NCBI RefSeq assembly: GCF_001194135.2
Contig: NC_068996.1
Location: 27,346,120 to 27,408,235, forward strand
Length of the DNA stretch: 62,116 nt
DNA from: Octopus bimaculoides
Taxonomy: Eukaryota
Direction: 5' to 3'
Positions within the stretch are counted from its first letter, which is position 1. Every line of letters begins with the position of its first letter. This document shows, one piece after another, positions 54,391 through 62,116 of this stretch. The notes under the pieces are model-generated. The model was given only the letters and a program-made list of their open reading frames with translations, searched no databases and was not told the DNA's origin. A program made the position numbers and the translations under genes.

Positions 54391-55172
54391 TGGTCTGATC
54401 GATAAACATCTGGACTGTTGCCATAGTAACGAAGCTAAAGTATGCAAAATAAGGCCGCTTACCACAGATTGACTATTTATCTCTGGTGTGCATGTGCACT
54501 AAGTTTTCCACTTTTTACAGCAGTGTTTGGAAATAATGTGTGTAGCATGTGACCATGACAGAATCTGCATCAAATTTTACCAAAAGCTTGCTGGTGAATT
54601 TGGCTCAGAGGCCTATGCAAAGTTTTCAAAAAGTTTTCACTGTTCTTGACACAAGGAGATTTTGTGCAACTGAAACTCCAAGTGTCTTTTTGGTCAGCTG
54701 AAAGCAGTTTTGGCAGACACACATCTCGTACCCAAATCTTCAGTGATAATAGACTGAACTGAAATGTAAATCACGGATGGTGATTTGACAATTTCCCCTC
54801 ACAGCTACACACACACACATCTGCAATGTTTTTCTCAGTTCTGCTGGTTGCGGATCTCCCAGAATGTTCGTCACTATTGACATTTTCTCAGCTATCTTGG
54901 AAACGTCTAACCCACTCATACACTCCTCTCCATACACTTTCTGCAACTTTGCGTAGGCTTCTGAGCAGATATTGCCATGACAACTTTCTCTGTCCTAGTC
55001 AATGTAACGATAGCACATTACTTCGAAACACTGCTGTAAACAGCAGAAGTGAGCAAGAATGTTAAAACTTAGTGCGCAGCAGAGATTGAGGTCCAATCTG
55101 TGCTAAGTGGCTTCACTGTGTGTTGTAGCTTCGTTACTATGGCAACAGTCTGGATACTTATTGATCAGACCA
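54391..55172 (-). mobile_element. Internally deleted mariner element inserted in a (TA)n tract
   Basis: ~50-bp TIRs (tggtctgatc..gactgttgccatagtaacgaagcta), TA flanks, and a mariner N-terminal remnant (QKVYGEECMS...ITIR). Confidence 0.8.
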
Positions 55173-57902
55173 TATATATATGAATATATACATACACACA
55201 GACATATGTGTGTGTCAATATCATTATTATCAGGAACCAGCTTCATGAGTAAAGTTATTGTTTACATTCTCTAGTAAATTAGTCCTGTAGTTTGAGCTTC
55301 ACTTTCAATGTGTATGAACTAGTGACAAGAAAAACAATAGAAAATCCATGTCAGTAAGTTTTGTTTAAACTAGTCATGGGATTTTCTGAATGGCAAACCT
55401 AATGAAAAATTGTCTTGAATTTTTTGTAGAAGTGTAGCCCACCTGATGATAATCCATAATTCATGGGGCTGCTACTCAAAAAAATTTCCTGGACACATAA
55501 AAATATTGATTATATATAATGATATTGTAAGAATTAATGTTGAGGGTTTCAAGAATAATCTCCATTCAGTTATGAGTGGGAGTTGTACATAGTTATTACT
55601 TTTATCTGGTGTGAAAGCCAGATTTTAAACTGACATGGCATCTGGGAGCATTAACCATTTGATTGAACTGGTAATTAAAAGCTTTTTGTGACAGTAATAT
55701 TATATGCAGTACTTGGCCCTTCAGTTTTTGTGTAGGCTTACATTGTAGTCATTAAATTTGTGACTCATAAATTTAAATATTGCCATGCATGTAATATTTT
55801 CTCTAGTAATGTTGGTATTGGCGGAAGAGATTTACAAACCATGAACATGGTACCTAGTTTATGAAAGTGCTAACAAAAAAAATATGTTACAGGAGAATCA
55901 GTAATAATGTTTGTTGTCCAAGAAATCAGTTTGATGTCAAAGGGTACAGGTTGACTCTTCCTTCTAGACATATTTTGATGATTTTTCCCTTTTTCTTCCT
56001 CTCTCTTGGTGCCTTTCCCTTAATTTTTAATCAATAAAATCCATTTTGTAAACTCATCTCCTTTTTGATTTCTCTTCAAAACTTTCAGTATTGCTGCTTC
56101 AATTGACAAAATTGCATTTTTTCTAAATATTTCAAAAAGTCATTTAATATTTACTAACAGCAGAATGTTGCTAAATACAAGCACTTTATTTTTTTATTTA
56201 CACATATATATATATATATGCTTTTTTCTATTTCAGTTTTTAAAGAAAAATAATTTCCAATATCACTTGTACAACTTGTAATTTTTTTATATCTTTGTTT
56301 AAATTGCTATGATCTCTAGGATAAAATTTATATTTATGAGCAAAAATATTGCTTTCTTGGCTCTGAAGCAGTTACCTGTTCTGTCTAAGTGAAACTATAG
56401 TGTGTCCCCTCCCCAATAACAACCCCAAACCTTAACAAAGCACAATCAACAGATGGAATATCCTAGAGATGTAAATACAAATTGTATTTATCCAATGTTT
56501 TTGACATAAAAGAAAAGAAAAGTCCTAAAGTTTATGGCTTCATGGCTAGCTGATGTGATTGATCTGTCATTTCATAGACAGTATGGTATTTGTTGAAAGA
56601 GGTTTAGCTGCTACATGGAACATAAAAAGGTTCCATTACCCGCTATTGGGGTTCATAATTTTATAGAGACAAGTTAATATAGTGATTATCTAACAATTCA
56701 GTCTGGTTTGTCAGAGGTTTTAGCCAAATTAAGACTACAAGATAAAAGCTGAATTACCTCTTCAGTAGTGAAACTTCCATTTTGTTTTATATTTTCAAGG
56801 AAATTTGATAATTGTCTTGCTTATTGGTTAGGTTTGGGAGGCACTAAAATACATGCTTCCAATCTTTACAGCACATGAAAGCATATTAAGAGTATACAAA
56901 TGCTTATTGCATGTACTGAAATATTTAGTCCTGTTTGTATACATAAGTGATGGTTGCTATGTATGATCCCTTAATATGTTGGCTCCCAGATGACTTACTG
57001 GAGCATTGTGATGGTATGTTTGCAAGATCCACACTACACTCCTGTGGGTTGTCTCTTTGTTTCTGTGAACCATTTGGGAACTGGCATACTATGAAATTTA
57101 AAATGTGATTAATGTACACTAGAACTTTTTCGTTATGTATTTTATAAATTTTTTTCATTTTTCTATTGATTTTTACATCTGAAATTTACCATGTATTTAA
57201 GTAAAATTGAACACTGAATAAACTAAGAGATTAAATTATTAAAACGATCCCCTACTGGATTGTGGGTAAAAAAAATATATAATGGAACACATATCAAAGT
57301 TAACATCTTATTGGGACCCTAGGATAAATTGAGAAGTGATGCTTGTGGGCATCACTGGTACTTGTGGGGTTTGGTTGATTAAAGAAGGGAAGATAGTCAT
57401 GCTAATAAAATTGTTTTCTATATTTTAAAATTGTCCAACACTACAGGCAAAGCAAGAACTATAATAGTGCAAATTCTTAAGAGAGGATTCATCTGATGAT
57501 GCCATCCTAGATTATTAAATAGTAGTCAAGTTTAGGATTTTGATCTGGAGTTAACTTGTTGACATAAATATTGAATTCTCTTCATTAAAGGATTTTAATT
57601 CATTCAATTTTTCTCTATTTTAATTCATTAAAAATAATTTATCTATGAATATTTTTGAGAAAATTTATTGTGAATAAAATTTAAATTGATTAGTAAAATG
57701 TTGTTTGGAAATATATCATCTTCATTGCGTATGTTATGATCTGATTCATTGTGGATAGTAGAGAGTGGGTGTTGGTGAATCTAATGTGATTGATTATGGC
57801 GATTCTGGACATGGGAATCAATATGTAATAGTGTTGTCCAAAGGAACAGCAACTAAATTTTGAAATTGTGTTCCACTCAACAGGAATATCATAACAAAAG
57901 GA

Positions 57903-58118
57903 TTAACTCTTTAGCATTCAGATTACTTGTTTATTTATTCACATTGTTTTGGATTAATTATGAATTGTCTTGTAGCTTCAAAATTCCAATGATATGATTT
58001 ATTTTTTTAGAATGAAATTGTAAGGAAGATATGAGAGGCTGGATCTGGTTGGTTTGAACATAAAACAGGTTGAATATTTTGACATGGTATGACTGGTTTA
58101 GCATTGCTAAAGGGTTAA
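57903..58118 (-). mobile_element. TTAA MITE in reverse orientation, ~310 bp upstream of exon 7B
   Basis: TTAActctttagcattcagatt...tgctaaagggTTAA. Confidence 0.75.
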
Positions 58119-58369
58119 AGCAAGGACCCTGAATAATGTCTGTGTGCACCATGCTTAAAAAGAAAAAAATACTGAGTAGCCTTGCTCAAATGCGACTGAC
58201 TTGGAGATAAATAATTAACTTTATGTTGAAGATTAAAGAAAATCACATACATACTCATAGAAGATGGTAAATGTCTGGTATATATCTGCTTTCTAAGTTC
58301 TATTTGTATCCCAGTCAGGTTTCTTTTTAACTAAGATAGTAAAGTTTGTACATTATCATTTGTTTCTGA

Positions 58370-58522
<153 letters not shown>

Positions 58523-61500
58523 CTGCTGCTACCTTCTTTGCAAAATTTAGTACCTTTTCAAAATTACTTTTGTCATTATTTTCCCCTATACCATGTATCA
58601 GAGCAATACTTTTTCATGATTTTTTTTTTTTTTTTTTTAAAGAAAAGGGAAAAAAAGAGAAATCACTATTTAGTTTTAGAGTGAAATCTCATTTTCTCTC
58701 CCTGTTTGCATTGTATATTTATCTATTTCCTTATCATTATTCAATTTTTTTTTTTTAGCTTTTTCCGTAAAGTAATGAAAATGAAATATAAATATACAAT
58801 ACAGATAGAGAGATAATAGAAATTAAATTTATTGGGTGTGTTGAAAATGTGTTACATAAAATGGAGTGTTTGAGAAAACTGTAGGGAGGTTAAACTCTTT
58901 CCTTTAATTCTTATTAGTTGTTTGAATTGTGTTATATTTCTCATACATACATTTATTTATATATATACATACNNNNNNNNNNNNNNNNNNNNNNNNNNNN
59001 NNNNNNNNNNNNNNNNNNNNNNNNNNNNNNNNNNNNNNNNNNNNNNNNNNNNNNNNNNNNNNNNNNNNNNNNNNNNNNNNNNNNNNNNNNNNNNNNNNNN
59101 NNNNNNNNNNNNNNNNNNNNNNNNNNNNNNNNNNNNATAATTTTAGGTTTAGCGAACAGTTTAGGTAAAATAGATACATAATATCTCAGAATTTTATTGT
59201 GTTCAAAAATGAACGGTTTTGTTAGATATATACTCAAAATGGCCATTTTGAAAAGTCTTAATACATTTACTCATTTGCTAGTCTAGTGTTAGTGCATGCA
59301 ATGTGTAATATGTTTATATATTATATTATAATTCGTATAAGGATGGTGGACTGGCTGGATTGTTAGAGCATCGGGCATATAATAATTAATGTCTTGCAGT
59401 GCTTGTCCTGCCCTTTGCATTCTGAGTTCAAATCCTGTCAAGGTCAACTTTGACTTTCTCACCTGCTAAATCAAAAAGTACCAATCAAGTACAAGGGATT
59501 GATATAATGGACTGGACTGTTTCCTCCCTCCTCTCCTAAAGCGTTAGAAACAATTATATAAATATTCCTTTATAGTGTCTAAACTTCTGTAAAGAGTAAT
59601 CATTACACCTATGTAAACACTAATTTGACATTGAAAAAAATAAACAAGAAATTCACATTGCTTGAATCATGTCTATCATTACTTGCTGGTCAATGACAGT
59701 AACATTTACACTAACCTGAGTGTGTGTCTTCCTTTTCTCTCATGCCAAATACATGAATGTTCTTATCGTTTTTTTTTTTTTGTTTTTTTTTAACTGAACT
59801 TATATATGCATGTAGATAATTCTTGTTCCCAACTTTGATTGACAACTTGATATACTAGATACTGGTAGAAATGGCTTAATCTGAAAGTGTTAGATGGCTG
59901 ATCAGTGATGTTAATCTAAGTAAAATATTTCCAAGTCACATTCTAGATAATGTAACAAAAATGGAAGCACAACCTCAGTAGTGTGGTATATATTCAGTCA
60001 GTTACATGTCTGTCTGGCGAATACTGAATTACTTGATTCAAGACCTGTTGGTAGTGTGTCTTCCTCTACTTAAGCTCAAATTGGTGTATAGATGGGTATA
60101 ATGTTTAGATTTTAAGATATCTCAGCAGTTCTTTGGTATTATTTGTAATACAAAATTTTTAGGAATATCAGTGAAGAACTTTTAGCATTGGATGCTTTTA
60201 TAGTCTTGCGTTTCAATATATGATTTAATAAAGCAGAGGTAAAGTAATGTATTCACATGATGTACTTTGACAGCTGCTACATGAGACTCCAAATGCCCTC
60301 TGTCGTCTCAAACAATGACGTTACTCTTTATAAGAGTTCGAGGAGTCNNNNNNNNNNCTACTTAAGCTCAAATTGGTGTATAGATGGGTATAATGTTTAG
60401 ATTTTAAGATATCTCAGCAGTTCTTTGGTATTATTTGTAATACAAAATTTTTAGGAATATCAGTGAAGAACTTTTAGCATTGGATGCTTTTATAGTCTTG
60501 CGTTTCAATATATGATTTAATAAAGCAGAGGTAAAGTAATGTATTCACATGATGTACTTTGACAGCTGCTACATGAGACTCCAAATGCCCTCTGTCGTCT
60601 CAAACAATGACGTTACTCTTTATAAGAGTTCGAGGAGTCCATCTTGAAATCACACAGGGGTGTTAATGTCTATCACCACAACAAACGCAAAAGAATTCTT
60701 TAATAAGTCTCAGTGTATTTGGTTGAAAGTGGTAGCTTTTAAATGTAACTTTTAACTTTCACTTAACATTAAGCTTTTTTTTTTTCTTGTACTAACAATG
60801 TCAGATTGCTTTCATAGCTGGTATTCTGGCTGTTTGAGAACAAAAGACATTCTGGTTTCTACTGGTGAAAATTTAAATGAGACCTGATGATAGGTCAATA
60901 GAATATAAGATAAAACATTTTGATGGCTAATATGTAGGATTTTCTTCACAATGCATTGACCACCATCACGTCAAAACAAAGATGAGAGGTCATGATTCAG
61001 TTATTGTTAATTACCTCCTTGGGCTGGCAATATACATTGTTCTGACAAGTTGTAAAGTAGTTGCCGTAGCCATTAATTTAGTTGATACAGGAACCACCAT
61101 TAGCTGTATTACAACAGTTCATGAACAAATATACAAAATAAACATTCAGGGTGGTTGGGGTGGAAGAATACATTTATACATCTGTTATATTGACAGTTCT
61201 TATTGAGTTCAGAATGATTGAATTTTTCTGGAAATATTCCTACCACACATACACACACACACACACACACACAAATATTTTGAACTTTCCCTTTTTCTTT
61301 TTGTCATCAAAAAATAAATGCATCATATTTTCTCACCACAACTTGATGTGATAAATCCGTACATAAATATACAGTAATTGATATTACATTTAATATACAC
61401 ACTGTTGCATTTTAACAATTTTTACAAAATTATCTACCTCTTAGCAATTATACACATAAATGCTCTTACATACACACAAACACATAATGCTCAAACAACA

Positions 61501-62116
61501 TTTTCTTTGTTAATCTGCCTGGCTGGCTTGTAATGGTGTTATCAAAGACTTTAAAAAAATCCTTGGAAGCCAAAATTTGTGAGGTTCACTTTGTGAGTTC
61601 TCCTCCTCCTATTCTTTAAACTTGTTTGAGAAAGTTCCAGCTAAACAGCTATCACATTCATCTGTTCTGTTCTTTTACCTATTTTTGAAAGAAAATTTAA
61701 CAACAAATTTAATTTTGAACAAAATTAAGTATTGGTCAACAATCTACAACAATAAAATTGAAGGATGTTGCTTATGATAAGGAGTCTCTGCAAGGTTTTT
61801 TTTTTTTGTATTATTGCTATCATCCTCCAAATATATTTGTGGAGAAGCACATATTAATCAAATACATTATGAATAAAGGAAACAACAAAAAAAAAAAACC
61901 AACAGTAATACACTGGGGGTGATGTGGGGAGGTTTTATCCATGATTCATCACTTAATATATTTCCTATTTTCATATTCTTGCTTTACAATCCCTCACCAC
62001 TACCCTGCCTGTATTCTATTCCAACTTTTCTAAACCTGTATTCTTTTACTGCATGGATTTAAAGACAGACTTGTTCAATAAGAAAATAAAACATAAAATA
62101 AGTTTCTAAATAAAAA

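Noticed and set aside
60066-60639. 282-bp exact direct repeat (60066-60347 and 60358-60639)
   Set aside because: The copies are identical and sit either side of a 10-N gap, the signature of an unmerged contig overlap.

Overview
AT-rich, microsatellite- and transposon-dense animal genomic DNA with many N gaps. The repeat families and gene structure suggest an octopus or other coleoid cephalopod (inference). The only intact host gene I can support is a ribose-phosphate pyrophosphokinase (PRPS1/2 orthologue) on the + strand. Its coding exons 1-6 lie at 26597/26660-26781, 40573-40756, 42840-42938, 43179-43303, 45549-45722 and 46193-46352; all introns are GT-AG and in frame. The main finding is that the terminal coding exon is present twice: 7A at 46988-47080 and 7B at 58430-58522. 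Both copies are 93 nt, have their own polypyrimidine-CAG acceptor and stop codon, and differ at 28 of 93 nt but only 4 of 30 residues. This points to an old, selectively maintained pair of mutually exclusive last exons that swaps the enzyme's regulatory C-terminus and its 3'UTR. Other gene-level points are an in-frame upstream ATG adding 21 residues and a Trp at a position that is Arg (R184) in human PRPS1. The rest is transposon relics (MULE, Tc1/mariner types, piggyBac and its TTAA MITEs, hAT MITE, Helitron, Penelope-like, RTE, R4/Dong-like, tRNA-SINEs) and simple repeats. Repeat boundaries were judged by eye and are approximate unless stated.
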